NCBI GenBank assembly: GCA_002104905.1
Contig: MCFE01000028.1
Location: forward strand, 62,001 to 126,000
Reading direction: 5' to 3'
Source of the DNA: Basidiobolus meristosporus CBS 931.73
Taxonomy: Eukaryota; Fungi; Basidiobolomycota
Length of the DNA: 64,000 bases
The translations under genes were made by a program, and so were the position numbers. Positions 24,660 through 37,855 of this stretch are shown here, piece after piece; positions within the stretch are counted from its first letter, which is position 1, and each line of letters begins with the position of its first letter. The notes under the pieces were generated by a model. It was not told where the DNA came from and did no database searches. It saw only the letters and a list, made by a program, of their open reading frames with translations.

Positions 24660-26393
24660 ATGTTCTGTGCTAGTAAGTCATCTCGCTAAATTGCGTTTCT
24701 TTCGCGTGTTTTCGCCCCCGTATCGCTCCGGAACTAACGCGAACAATCTTTGTCCCTAGTTTCTGGCGAGGCTCCTGAGGTTCCAGTTGTATCCAGCAAA
24801 TCTGGTCATGTATTTGAAAAGCGCTTGATCATCAAGTACCTGGCCGAAAACGACAACAAATGCCCCATCACAGGTGAAGAGCTTACTGAGCAGGATCTTG
24901 TCGAGGTGAAGTCTGGTAAATATCTATCGTACGCCTTACAACCGGTTACGCGTTTCTAATATTCTTCGGTGTAGTCCCCAAAATGGTCAAACCACGCACT
25001 CCAACAATGACTTCCATCCCTTCCATGTTGGCTTCTTTCCAGAATGAATGGGATAGCCTTATGCTAGAGACATACACTCTGAAGCAACAATACCAACAGG
25101 TTCGACAAGAGCTCAGTCACGCCCTATATCAGCAAGATGCTGCCTGCAGAGTTATCGCCAGAGTCACAAAAGAAAGAGACGCCGCTAGAGAAGCGTTGGT
25201 TAACCTTCGTGCTCATTTGGATTCTCATGCTCAAACGGCGCCGGACAATGGTGATGTGAATATGGATACCCAAGAGGAGGGGCTGACCAACGCGGTTATC
25301 GAGAAATTGACTCAAACAAGCCAAGCCCTATCGAAAACACGTAAGAAGAGAAAGGCTCCCGCCGAGCTTACAAGTGTAGATGCAGTGAGATCTTACACAC
25401 AAACCTCAGTCGTTCCTGCGCTTCACTCTTCGACTGCCCCAGGTATCACATGTCTTGATCTTGATGCTACGAACAAGTTGGTGCTTACCGGTGGTCACGA
25501 CAAGATTGCCCAAATCTACAAGCAAGACGAAGAGAAGACCGTGGCCGAATTGAAGGGACACACCAAACGTATTACGGATGTTCTGTTCCAAGGGGCTGAG
25601 TCCGGGGTCGCCTTAACATCTAGCGCTGATAAGACGGTGAAGGTTTGGAAGCCCGAGGGCTCCGGATATGCTTGTGTGAATACCATCGACGCTCACGAAT
25701 CCGAAGTGACATCCATCACCTTACATCCTTCCAAGGAGTTCCTGGTCAGTTCCTCCCAGGATTCCACCTGGGCTTTCCACGATCTGGGAACTGGAAGAAC
25801 CTTGTCAAAGGTCAGCACTGCTGATGTCCAAACCGGATACAGCTGTGCGCAATTCCACCCTGACGGATTGATTCTTGGTACCGGTACTAACGATTCAGCT
25901 GTTCGTATCTGGGATGTTAAATCCCAATCCAACGTAGCCACATTTGCTGGCCACACAGGTCGCGTCACTTCACTCTCGTTCTCGGAGAATGGGTTAGTCT
26001 ATTCCCACCAACACACCCTCGTCACCCTCACCGCCCTTACTAACCCCTCTTTTCCAACCCAGCTACTATCTTGCCACATCCTCTGAAGACAATCTCGTGA
26101 AGTTGTGGGATCTTCGTAAATTGGTGAACTTCAAAACCCTGGAGCTCCCACAAAACAACAAGGTCAACGTGGTCAACTTCGATTACAGTGGTCAGTACCT
26201 TGCCGTGGGTGGTACGGACGTTCGGGTCTTCAAGGTCAAGGAGTGGGACGAGCTTGCCGTTTTGTCCGACAACACTGCCGAGGTCAATGATTTGAGCTTC
26301 GGTGAATACGCTCGCTTCTTGGTCAGCGGTGGCATGGACAGAAGCTTGAGATATTTCGGACCTGGTTCATCTCAGCCTATGGAGACTGCCTAA
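24660..26393 (+). CDS. PRP19: Pre-mRNA-processing factor 19 (U-box, coiled coil, WD40); exons 24660-24672, 24760-24915, 24975-25992, 26063-26393; 505 aa
   Basis: MFCAISGE...VFEKRLI...CPITGE U-box; SIPSMLASFQNEWDSLMLE and RQELSHALYQ; WD repeats; intron phases are consistent. Confidence 0.96.
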
Positions 26394-26609
26394 ATACTGC
26401 CGATCTGGCGATTGTCCCATTCACGAATTCCATAATCTTGTCACTCACGCGTCCCCTCCTCCCCTTTCTCATATTTCTTTACTGAACTCGGTTCCATTTT
26501 TCCTACACTTGTTTGTTGACCGGAAAAAAAGATGATACTCTGTAAAAAGCCAATAAAAATGTCCCAATTGACATGCACATCTACCCGTAACATCTTTATT
26601 GGTGAGAGG

Positions 26610-29195
26610 CTACTGACTCGGCTGGGTTTCCTTGTTGCTAGTCCAAGCAAGCACCGAGTACGTTACGTTGATGGGCCAGTAGACAAGGTAAACAAGTGGC
26701 AGAAACCAGCCAAACAATACGACGAAATCGTATTTAAGATATTCGTAGAGTTCCACCACACCCTGGCCGTACACAAAGCTGCAGAGAAGGAGCAGACTTG
26801 GGGGTGATATAGCGGTGGTCAGGATGAATTGCAATGCGCGGGCCAAGACATGGCTGCGCGGCTGAATCAACGCGTAGGGGAGGAACACAAGGATTCCCAT
26901 GAACACAGCAAAGCTATAGTTCAACGCGGCAAGGCCCACCAGGGTGACTGCAGTCCACGCCAGGGCAAAGCAGCGTAATACCTGAAGATTGTAAGGGGTG
27001 AATTCGGCCCGCTGACGAACAGCCGAGCTAATAAAAAGCGGGAAGCCGAACGCGAATATCCCGCTAAGAGGCAGCGACTGAATAGCAAGGTCAATTAAAA
27101 GTGCTCGGTGAAATCACTTCAGTAAACAATAGTTACGATCTCTTCGGTAATCGGGTGTACGATCAACAGGTTCAGTGAGAACAGAAGTACGCAGCCTAGG
27201 ATGGAGAGCCCGATCACGATGATGGATGTCTGGAGTGGAATGCTGTGCTGAGTGTAGGCTACCGAGGTTTTGATGGATTTGACATCCTTGCCTTCGTGAT
27301 TTACATCCTCCACCAATTCGACCTCTGCAACACTATCGTCAAATGAGAACCAGAGCTTCAATGATATCAATAAGAGTCCAACTGCGATGCAGATAACGGG
27401 TGGGATGTAGAGGGCAATGGATACGTAGCGTGATGCATCGGGAAGTAGGTAGAAGAAGAACGATTGATGGAAGTGCTCCAATAGGTTGTTGATACTTCTC
27501 AGCGTCGATTCGATCAATCTGTCGACAAGTTGAGGGGATTGAGTGGATGGTGACGTTTTGCCGGGATTAAGCGTGCACTTACATTCCGATCTTTTGGTAT
27601 TGGAAGCCGAATCTTCCTGATCCACTGACACCGTGTAGCGAAATGGCGTCGATTTTGTAGCTAGTATGTATATGTGCGTTGGTTCAAAGGGGATACGCGT
27701 ATGTGATGTAGCAACAAAACTGACCGATGGAACAGGCCATGAACCCCGGAAGGATGGCACGAGGCTTGATACTTCATGGTGGTGAGCATGGTGTGAAGCG
27801 ACTTGGTATAGCTTCTAGGTGCGTAAATGTCCAGTTTCGAGGCGGGCTTGTGGAGGGTGACCGAGATGCCTTCGTAGCGACATATCTGAACGACAGTGTT
27901 GATCAAATCAAGGTTAGGAAGCTGTCCATTAAGCCCCTCTAAAGTCAACAGGTGTCAGTTTCGCAATTCAACCAACAGATGCCCACAAGATGTTTACCAA
28001 AGAAAATCCCCAACGAGCTGTAGCTTCCGGTGCCAGGGAAATCCAGATTCAATGCCCCTTGAATAGCTCCGGAACGAACAAAGATCTGCTCGTCATCTAA
28101 ATCGTGGTTTAGGCAATGGTATCTTCGAATTAGTCAATTATCTTCACCAATACCGTGTTTGGGGACACCGTGGTACGCATCTAACCAAGCTTGTATTCCT
28201 GCGGTATTCTTGTCTGCAATTACCACCACTATATCCTTGGACCAGAAGGTGAACTCTTCAAACCAAACCCATTTAGTTGGAGATTCCATGGCATATATGA
28301 ATGGCTGCCCCTTACTCTTTAGAAATTTGGCCAACGACAAAAGCATCGAAACCCCGTTGATATTATCTAAGCAAGTTTTGTTGGTTACGGCAAGTCACTG
28401 TTAGACCAATCGACTCATACTACCTTGGTTTGCCTCCTGTGAATCCCAAGATGCGGTCAGCACCATAGCCTCAGTATTATCGCTGCGCGGTGCTTTGAGG
28501 ATTCCAAAAGCATTGGTTCCGTTTACCACCTGTTATATGCCATTAAGAAACCGAAGCCACTATGGAGCCACAATAAGATCCCGACCTTATTATACGATAA
28601 TGGAATCTCGAAATCCTGGGTGGCGGTGATATAGCCGAAGCTTCTTAACTCCCTCTCTACAAAAGACGCTTTTCTATTTTCGCAAGGTGTGTTAGTTTCT
28701 GCGGCAAGTAGGAGAGATGAAGAAAGCTTCTACTCTTTGATGGGGTTGGTGCGTAATGATTCCAAGACCTGGGCATAATGTCTGGCCACGTTTACTTCAT
28801 TCTCACCAAAGAAATTGTTTGTCTGACGAACATAATCGTTGAGCGATTTTACTCCTGGAGGTTGGGTTTGATGGGATTTACCTGGCCGGGTAACAAGGCA
28901 TTTTCTGAAATATACGTATCATGACTATACTCATCGTGAGGCAAGACCAATAGCCAACCCAGGCCAACTATAAACAGGACAAGACTAATACGTAGAAAAC
29001 AATACGGTTAACTCTCGACGTCTATGAATGCATAGCTGTCGGGAAATATAAAAACCTAAGTGTCGCGACATGATTTTCCAGAAGCTTCAAGGCTTTCCGT
29101 TTTAGAGTGATCTTGTTATATTGCTTTGAGGATATTTCGGAGTATGGAGGAATGGGGGCCGCGTTTCTCCCCTCCGGAATTGCTTTACTTGACAT
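26610..29195 (-). CDS. GAA1: GPI transamidase component Gaa1, multi-exon
   Basis: TYISENALLPGQ, APRSDNTEAMVL, WSKDIVVV, GAIQGAL, EGLNGQLPNLDLIN, LIESTLRSINNLLEHFHQSFFFYLL, C-terminal TM helices; about 10 short introns; start codon less certain. Confidence 0.93.
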
Positions 29196-29528
29196 CCTCG
29201 TAATGTTGTTCACTTGGAAGTGTGTCAACCTGATTGAGTGGGCAGAATAAAGCGATGTCCTACCACATTGAATCGGAATGTTGATTTATTGCGTTTACCC
29301 AAGTAGCATTATTTGTGACCTCCTTGGAAACTTGATTAAATGCTTGGTTAAAGAGGTTGTTAAAATGGCATTAAAATCAAGAAACTGGGCCCCATTGTAG
29401 GCCCAGGGGTGGGATTTTTTTTGATCAGATATCAGTCTAATTCTTCTGATATGTAACGTATTCACAGCCGTGGAATTCGGCTGAGGTTTTCTTGGTTTAT
29501 TTTTTAATCTCGACTCGCGCTACCCAAC

Positions 29529-31709
29529 ATGACCGTAGAACCGGCAGTAGAGACACCCGTGACCAACGGAGATTCTTCACACCCATCGAACGAGAAGCAA
29601 GTGGTGGACAAAAAGAACAGCAAAATCCCAAAGCGTAAAAGAAATAAGAAAAAGAAGAGAACCCAAGTGGATGACAAAAAGCACGAGATTCCCCCTACGG
29701 AAGACGTAAACTAACGCTCAACCCATTCATCCAATACCCCATTGAGACTAACGATTTTCGCGTTTATCACCAGAAACAAGACGAGGTAGTCATCGAATAT
29801 GTACCGCAGAAGATAGAGATCGACGATCCAAATTTCAAAGATTTTGCGGAGATCTTTTCACATTTCCAAGGTTTATCGAATGAAGAAGGTGCCGACGATG
29901 TAAGACCAGGAACCGACGCTTAAGGCCAGTCCGTGTTTTACTCACTAACCTCTTAATCTAGGCTTCAAATGATCTCGACGGCGAGAAAGTACAGGATGCT
30001 AGCAAGGAGGCTAAAGATTCAGACGAGGAGAATTCCGATTCGGACACAGAAAAGGATAAATCGAAGTTGTCAAAAAAGAAGCTTCGCAGAATCAATCGCT
30101 TGAGTGTAGCTGAATTGAAGCAATTGGTCAAGAAGCCTGAAGTTGTGGAGGTAATTCAAGGTTTCATAGTTTTCAGTGTTTCCCGATTGATAGTAAACAG
30201 CATCTCGTATAGTGGGTTGACGTTACAGCAGCCGATCCCAAGTTGTTAGTATACCTTAAAGCTTATAGAAACTCCGTCTCGGTTCCAAAGCATTGGTCTC
30301 AAAAGCGTAAATACCTCCAGGGTAAACGTGGTATTGAGAAGCCGCCATTTGAACTCCCAGGTATGAATTTTCCTCCAGCCGCAAAGCCAGTTCTTCATTA
30401 GAACTAACCCATTCCGCAATACAGATTTCATCAAGGACACGGGTATTATGGAGATGAGATCCGCAACCAAGGAAAGAGAGGATGCTGCTAAACTGAAATC
30501 CAAGACTCGCGAGCGCATGCAACCAAAGATGGGAAAGCTAGACATAGATTACCAGAAATTGCACGATGCGTTCTTCCGCTTCCAGACGAAACCCAGACTG
30601 ACGTCGCACGGCGAATTGTATGTCACAGCCCATATGATGTGTGATTTTGGCAGCCCCCGCTAACCATCTGTTCTTCATAGGTACTATGAAGGTAAAGAGT
30701 TCGAAACAAAGCTCAAGGAGAAAAAGCCTGGACATCTCTCCGAAGAGCTTAAAGCAGCTCTGAATATTCCGCCTTTGGCACCTCCTCCCTGGTTGATTAA
30801 CATGCAGCGTTATGGCCCACCACCCAGTTACCCCAATTTAAAGATTCCTGGGCTAAATGCACCTATACCTGAAGGAGCACAGTGGGGATACCATCCTGGT
30901 GGCTGGGGCAAGCCTCCAGTTGACGAATTTAATCGTCCACTTTATGGCGATGTATTCGGAACCAGCACCACCATTGACGTTCCATTTGACATTATAGAGC
31001 CCATAGAAAAGAACCCATGGGGTAAGCTTGAATCGGATGAGGAAGAGGAGGAGGAAGAAGAAGAGGAGGAGGAGGAGAGAGAAGAGGAGATGGGCGGGGA
31101 TGAGCCCGAGACCTCATCAGCCGACTTCATCGAGGGTCTTGAAACCCCGAGTGGTCTTTCTAGCGTTCAAACTGGACTGGAAACACCTGCATCTATCGAG
31201 CTACGTAAAAACATTGAGAGACAGTTTGCCGATGATGAGCCCAAGCAGCTTTATCAAGTTCTCCAACAGAGAGACACCAACATCACTGGATTTATGGGAT
31301 CGCAACATGCATATGATGTTCAATCTACAACCAGTAGCTCATCTAGCAGACACAAGGTACGTGTGCGTCTCTTCCTCAGCCACGTTTATAGAAACATAAC
31401 CCAATTTGCATAGCGTAAGGTTGGCGCAGGGGTTGATGTTAACATAGACCCATCAGAACTTGGGCATCTTGATCAAGACACACTAAAAGCCAAGTACGAG
31501 GAGCAACAAAGGGTACGTATGGCGATTTCCTGTAGCTTGGACCATGACTAACTTGGTTTCAACCATCCTAGGCTGCCCATCCTGAGCACATTCAAGAAGA
31601 CCTGAGTGATATGGTGGCGGAGCATGCCAGCAAACAAGCCAAGAAGCGTCAAAGAGCCACCGATTCTAAGAAAGATAGCTCGAAAAAGTACAAGGACTTC
31701 AAATTCTAA
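29529..31709 (+). CDS. SF3B2: Splicing factor 3B subunit 2 (SAP145/Cus1), multi-exon
   Basis: SKKKLRRINRLSVAELKQLVKKPEVVE, RERMQPKMGKLDIDYQKLHDAFFRFQTKP, PPPWLINMQRYGPPPSYPNLKIPGLNAPIP, acidic tract, C-terminal KKYKDFKF*. Confidence 0.96.
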
Positions 31710-31868
31710 ATCCTTTCCACCCATCTGTCGTTGCGCTACAGTATGCTTTTTTATTTCAGTTGAACTCACTGTACCAAGCAGTGGCTTCAGTATCACTTGT
31801 GTAACATAAGAAAATAAATCATATTTCAGAAACGTTACTTTCGTCCCAAATCCATACCACCAAGCCGC

Positions 31869-32765
31869 CTACGCTACTTGGCCACAAGACACTATCATGA
31901 TGTCAGTGGAAGGAGTGTCCGACTTGCATTCCACCTTGTTGATGGCATCAAGAATCTCCAAGCCCTGCACCACTTGACCGAAGAGTACGTGCTTACCATT
32001 CATCTTCGCGAGTTTCTTGGCGTCATCGGTCAAGGTCAAAAAGAACTGAGAAGTGTTGGAGTTTTTTCCCGAGTTCGCCATTCCCAGCAATCCCTTCTTA
32101 TCGAACTTCTTCTTCAAACCAGCCGGCTCATCCGAGAACTTGGAGTTGTAGATAGAGTCCCCGCCTGAGCCGTCGCCTGTTCACAAAATCGTTTGAGTAA
32201 ACCAGAGAGTGCATAAGCATAGTGCTGATATAAACCTCGGGTGAAATCTCCGCCTTGGGCTATGAACTCCGGAACGACTCGGAAGAACTTCGAGCCTTCA
32301 TAGTGCAGTGGCTTTTTGGTCGACTTGGAGACGCCACGCTCACCGGTACACAAGCACCTGAAGTTTTCACAAGTCTTGGGGCAATCCTTGTTGAAGAGCT
32401 CCAGTACAAGGCGGCCACCAGGAAGATCGCTTGGCTTGGAAAGCTGAATGGGACCCTGTTATGCCACCGATGGTCGAAGTAAGTAAACCTGAATTTCCAC
32501 TGGACTGCCCATCCTCAAGAGGCGCCACTTTTCTTACCTGAGAGGAGACACTTGGGTTGCTTTCGTATAGCTCTTTGACCATTTCCTTCTGCTCCTCATC
32601 CAAATCCTCCACCGACTTGACCTCAGGCAATCCGTAAGATTTTCCGTCGGTGTTGATGAACTCGATGGTTCTCATATAGCTCTTCACTAGCGACGCATGT
32701 TCCTCCTGATCGCCAATGACTATATCTAGAAAAACTCGAGTGGTTTCGGAGGTCTTGGGTGGCAT
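31869..32765 (-). CDS. Cyclophilin-type peptidyl-prolyl isomerase with a ~70-aa insertion; 3 exons
   Basis: RVFLDIVIG...GRLVLELF...[14 protein letters not shown]...[16 protein letters not shown]...[20 protein letters not shown]...[12 protein letters not shown]; introns begin at 32537 and ~32235. Confidence 0.93.
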
Positions 32766-33032
32766 GTTGTCTTGGGCCGAATGGGTGAACGAATCTGACG
32801 TGCCTGGGTTGATATCAAGGTAAAAAAATCCATCGGATCAATGATCGTCAACCAAAAGCTGGGTTGTCTGGATCAATTTACTATAGCCTAGCGTTTGGTG
32901 ATTTATTGTTTGGTGAGATTGGTCTGATTATCCATGGAAAACCAGGGCGAATGATGTGGATGCGGTAGGATTAGGTATTTACAGACACAAGGAATGTGGT
33001 GTTATACGAACACAAGGAATATGGTGTGATTC

Positions 33033-34813
33033 CTATTCCCAATCTAAGAATCGGACATGAGACTCTCGCTCACATTCTCCTCCCTGGTGTAGGTCGAAGG
33101 ATATCTTGCAACTACTTCCATCGGCACAGACAGCTTTCACAGAAAGTAGATCAATATCATTCGCTGGGTTAGGAGACTGGCGCTCTTCTTACCTATCACA
33201 GTGTTTTCCTCGGGACCAAAGCCACAGATCCATCGTCCCTCTGTTGCCATATGGAAATGGGCAAAACTCCATTCTGAAGAAAAGTATTTCGGGAGTAACT
33301 CTTTCATGAACGAGAGGCTAACGAAGAACGGTTAGAGGGCAGCCGGTTAGGCTTTACAAGGCGCTTACCTGGACAGTCGGTTTCCTGTGGCTGCCGGATA
33401 GGTTACCAACTCTCTACAACACATACGTCAGTATGCTAAATACTAGACTTCAACTTGATCAATAAACTCTTGCCTGATGTGTAACATCCTGTAATAAGCA
33501 AGAGTGTTGGATCTGGCGGTACATTCAAACTCAAGGTTAAAGATGTGCACCGTTCCTTTGTCTGAGGATACGCATAGTCGAGCCCCGTCACGGCTGAAAG
33601 CAATGCTACAACAGCAGGATCAGCTACTGTGGTCGAACCATTTGTACGTAAAAGTACCTGTATATCTCAGCCCGATCAAACCCTCTCCGCAGTTCGTTCA
33701 GCAACATTCCCGATGATGAATCGAAGACTCGGATTAGCGTGCCCTAACCAAATTATCACTTAATGTCACCAAGGTCTATCCTAAAGGCCCCCAATACCTT
33801 TATACTGGCTGTAGCTATCTTTGCTCCATCAGGACTTATAGCCATTACACTCAAGGCTGTGGTGTGGGCTGCTATGATGCTCATGTTTGAGGTTGAACCG
33901 CATGCAATGTTAGTCGGGTGGGAAGATGGTTTAGAATATCGCCTAATAGTATGGCTTTTTGGTTGGGTTGGCATTGAACATAGTGATGTTGTAGCGTATC
34001 TGTTTATGGTCGAGTAGCCAAGATCGGCTCCAGGAAATGTTTGATCAGTAAGGTAGTCTGGTAAGGAGGTTGGGTCTAACGGTGGAGCTACTGCATTCAG
34101 ATCAACTACTTGTAAATGGCCCAGTTTCTTTCCAGGAAATGCAAGGATGGAGAACTCCTGACTAGAAGACAGAGCCACCAACCCTAAAAAACGCGTGAAT
34201 ACTAGGCAGAGAATAAATCAATGTAGAAACGAGGCAACCTTTGGCGTTATCAGCAGTTTCGTACACTTGAAGTTTCTGCGGCGTCGCGCAAAGGGTATAA
34301 ACAAAGATTCTGTTTTCCAGGACGACGACAATTCTATGGACAAAAGGATTAGGCTATTAGACAATTCTATAGACGAAAGGATTGGATAGCTTTTAAGCAA
34401 AGGGAACTCAACGAACACCTGTCTCCACGAAGCTTCACGTTCTTCACCTCGCTGCGAAACTCCAACTCAATTATACCTTTTCCCTTCAAATCGTCCCAAA
34501 TTACTACCTTGTTGGGAGAATATCTAGGGTTTTTTCCACCACCCACGATGGCCAGATAATTACTACGAAAGAGCATCTCGACGATCCGTATTCCGCCGTC
34601 TTCAAATTCTGGAGAACAGTCAGCGAGTGCAAATTACAGTGGTGGTTGCGCCCTTATACCTTTTCTTGCTTTTTCTTTGACCGGGTCACAGCTGTAAATA
34701 CGAAACCCGTTGTTCAGACCGACAGCAAAGCAGTCATGGTCTTGATTGAAGCCAACGTAGAGTAGATCTCGGGAGTCAATCAGGCTCGAGGAGTAATAAT
34801 TCTCAAAGCTCAT
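33033..34813 (-). CDS. HSV2: PROPPIN WD40 autophagy protein, Hsv2/WIPI3-4 type, multi-exon
   Basis: [41 protein letters not shown]...ATASIK, lipid-binding ELRRG motif, [19 protein letters not shown]. Confidence 0.88.
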
Positions 34814-35199
34814 CACGGAACAGAAGGTCGAGAAAAGTGAATAGTGACACTATACAGCGCTGTTGGCTGGCATATTCGCTTGGCAACCATGCATCATGAC
34901 TGCGAAATTTAGGTCGATCAAACCGTGTTTGCTTACCCACCGAAGATGATTGGGTGGTTAAGTCATCACGAATAAGCCAGCAAGTTTCCTTAAAATAAGC
35001 GGCAATCATGCACAGCAAACAATCTGGGGATACAGCACCAATAATCAAGTACACTAAACCTCGGGATATAACAGCAGCAATATGGTGGGAGAAGGCAGAT
35101 GTTTTGAATAGAAGAAAGGCTCCACAAATGGACGTCCATTACTTTTATTGACTACAGGTGTACTCAACCTGATGTGTTTAGTTCGACAAGCATAGTCTC

Positions 35200-35463
35200 T
35201 TAACGAAGACGTCTAGCTTCACGTTCGGATTCCATAAGAACCAAAATATCGTTTTCACGAACAGGGCCCTTAACGTTACGGATAATAGAACGAGAGGTAT
35301 CGTCCATGAATTCAACACGGACTTGGGTGACACCACCACGAGAGCCAGTACGGCCGAGAACCTTGATAACCTTAGCGTGCTTAATGGGGGCTTGTTTTTC
35401 CTACGAGAAGGGTTAGTCGGTGAGCAGCAACTCCCAAGTCGAGATGGATGAGATACCAACCAT
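35200..35463 (-). CDS. RPS28: 40S ribosomal protein eS28; exons 35463-35461 and 35400-35200; 67 aa
   Basis: [58 protein letters not shown]; missed by the ORF track. Confidence 0.95.
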
Positions 35464-35859
35464 TATGGATAGACCGTACTACGACTTAAGCGGTAACGAG
35501 AAAGAGCGACCCGTATTCTTCGCAAACATATTTATTCGACTTCTCGAGTGCACCCCTGGTGCCAGAACCAATCACCACCAAGATCAAGTAAAATTTTCTT
35601 GCCTTTCGACTTGATCAGAATTTCCAGGAACTTGGCTTAATTCTCGAGGCGAGTTCGCTTAATTCCGGACGGTGGGGTTAGGGTTGTTGTTGTCGTCGGA
35701 ATCATTCAAAAAAAACCGAAAATTTTTGTTCAGTCCCCTGTCTCAGATCCTGTGGTGTCGATTGCTTAACTGGACTGAGTTTGTTTCCCTTTTACTTCCT
35801 CTTGCGTTTTTGGTCGAATCCATCTTCAGGCTTGACCACACATCCGTTCATCCTTAAGC

Positions 35860-36382
35860 ATGGTACGCCTCAACTGCCGTTTCATCCAACCTCGATTGCC
35901 CATCTCACCTGTTTTGCTCCCCCATGTAGTCTAAGAAAGCCGGAAAAGTTACTAAGGTTCAAGAAACCGTCTCCCTTGGTCCCCAAGTTCGTGAAGGTGA
36001 ACTCGTCTTCGGAGTTGCCCACATCTTCGCTTCCTTCAACGATACTTTCGTTCACGTTACTGATTTGACTGGTCGTGAAACCATGGTTCGTGTTACTGGC
36101 GGTATGAAGGTTAAGGCTGATCGTGATGAGTCCTCCCCTTACGCTGCTATGTTGGCTGCCCAAGATGTTGCTGTCCGTTGCAAGGAGCTCGGTATCACTG
36201 CTCTTCACATCAAGATCCGTGCTACTGGTGGTAACGGCCCCAAGACCCCCGGACCCGGTGCTCAATCTGCTCTCCGTGCTTTGGCCAGAGCTGGTATGAG
36301 AATTGGTCGTATCGAGGATGTTACTCCCATTCCTACCGACAGCACCCGTAGAAAGGGTGGTCGTCGTGGTCGTCGTTTGTAA
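35860..36382 (+). CDS. RPS14: 40S ribosomal protein uS11; intron 35863-35929; 151 aa
   Basis: [24 protein letters not shown]...[14 protein letters not shown]...[23 protein letters not shown]. Confidence 0.97.
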
Positions 36383-36659
36383 ACAGCTCTTTTACGTGCT
36401 CTCGTTTCAATCCTTATAATAAAGAGCTTCACAGCTTAAGACCCAACTTGAATATGTATGATTACCTGTGATCCCTATACATCCACTGATTGACATGTGT
36501 AAAATGGCTGCCACAATCGAGTAGCACCCCAGCTGCGTACGACATTTACGAATATTGACTAACGAGAATCATAGATATATCAAGCATTGGCTGAAAGAGG
36601 GTTTTATTGCATGGAGATATCGAAGCGTATTATTGAAAAAGGTAAAGAACAATCTCTGC

Positions 36660-37517
36660 TTAGGCAGAACCAGCCAATTGTCTCTCTCTTCTGCGGTCAC
36701 GCTCTTCAGTGATGGTAAGCTTGACACCCTTATTCTTGGGCAAGCTGATCCAGGGCTTGTTGCTCTCACCGATAACGAAGACGTTGGACAAACGGGTAGC
36801 GAATTGGCGGTCCAAGACATCCTTGACGTGGACGATATCGAAACCACCGTGGTGCTTCTCACGGTGAGTGATGACACCGACACGACCCATGTTACGTCCA
36901 CCGGTGATCATGGCGACGTTACCAACATCGAACTTGATGAACTCGGTCATCTTGCCGGTCTCGAGGTCAAGCTTGACGGTGTCATTGGCCTTGACGAGGG
37001 GATCGGGGTAACGAAGGGTACGGCCGTCATGGGTGATAACGAAAGGAATACCCTTGGCACCGATTTGAACCTTCTTGACCTTGCACAACTTGTAGTTGGC
37101 TTCTTCAGCGCTGATTCTGTGAACGGTGAAACGGCCCTTGGTGTCGTAAACGAGACGGAAGTGCTCGCCGGTTTGCTCGATGGAGATGACATCCATGAAG
37201 CCAGAAGGATAGGTGGTGTCGGTACGAACCTTTCCATCAACCTTGACAAGACGCTGCATAAGAATGCTTTGGACTTCCTTCTTGGTAAGAGCGTACTTCA
37301 ATCTGTTTCTCAGGAAGATGACCAAAGGAAGGCATTCTCTGAGCTTGTGGGGACCAGCGGAAGGTCTGGGAGCGTAGGTGCCGGTAAGTTTATCCAACAT
37401 CCAATGCTTGGGAGCATTGAGACGCTTCAAATGTTTTCTAGGTCCGCGAGCCTAAAGATAACTTGGGGTCAATACAAATCCCAGCCCATCCATCGAAACA
37501 TGAAGTGAACGTACCAT
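36660..37517 (-). CDS. RPS4: 40S ribosomal protein eS4; intron 37514-37452; 264 aa
   Basis: [44 protein letters not shown]... Confidence 0.97.
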
Positions 37518-37694
37518 TGTGGAAATATAGAATATTCGCCAACGGATGAGAAAGAGAGAAAGAAGTATCCGAAATATTACCTTATGTATGATAGCAGATT
37601 TGATTTTGTTCCTGGTTGGCCAATTTTTCTTGAAAATTTTGTGATCTCAATTTTTTTATTGCTGTTAGAAGTCATGAGAAATCAGGGTGAAGGT

Positions 37695-37743
37695 TTGAGA
37701 GTTGAGGGTTGAGGATTGAGGATTGAGGGTTGATGGTTGAGGG
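37695..37743. repeat. Heptamer tandem repeat (TTGAGGG-like x7) in the RPS4/MDM12 divergent intergenic region
   Basis: TTGAGAG TTGAGGG TTGAGGA TTGAGGA TTGAGGG TTGATGG TTGAGGG. Confidence 0.85.
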
Positions 37744-37855
37744 TGGAGGCTAGTTGTCCACGAAGGGTGAGGGTAGGGGTGGGGAAAGTATGGCTCGACT
37801 GGAAAAAGTTGAACACTGACTGCTTTTCATATCACCGTACCGTTTTCCATCATTC

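Noticed and set aside
35882-37508. Long ORFs 35882-36265 (-) and 36555-37508 (+)
   Set aside because: These are antisense shadows of the highly codon-biased RPS14 and RPS4 genes.
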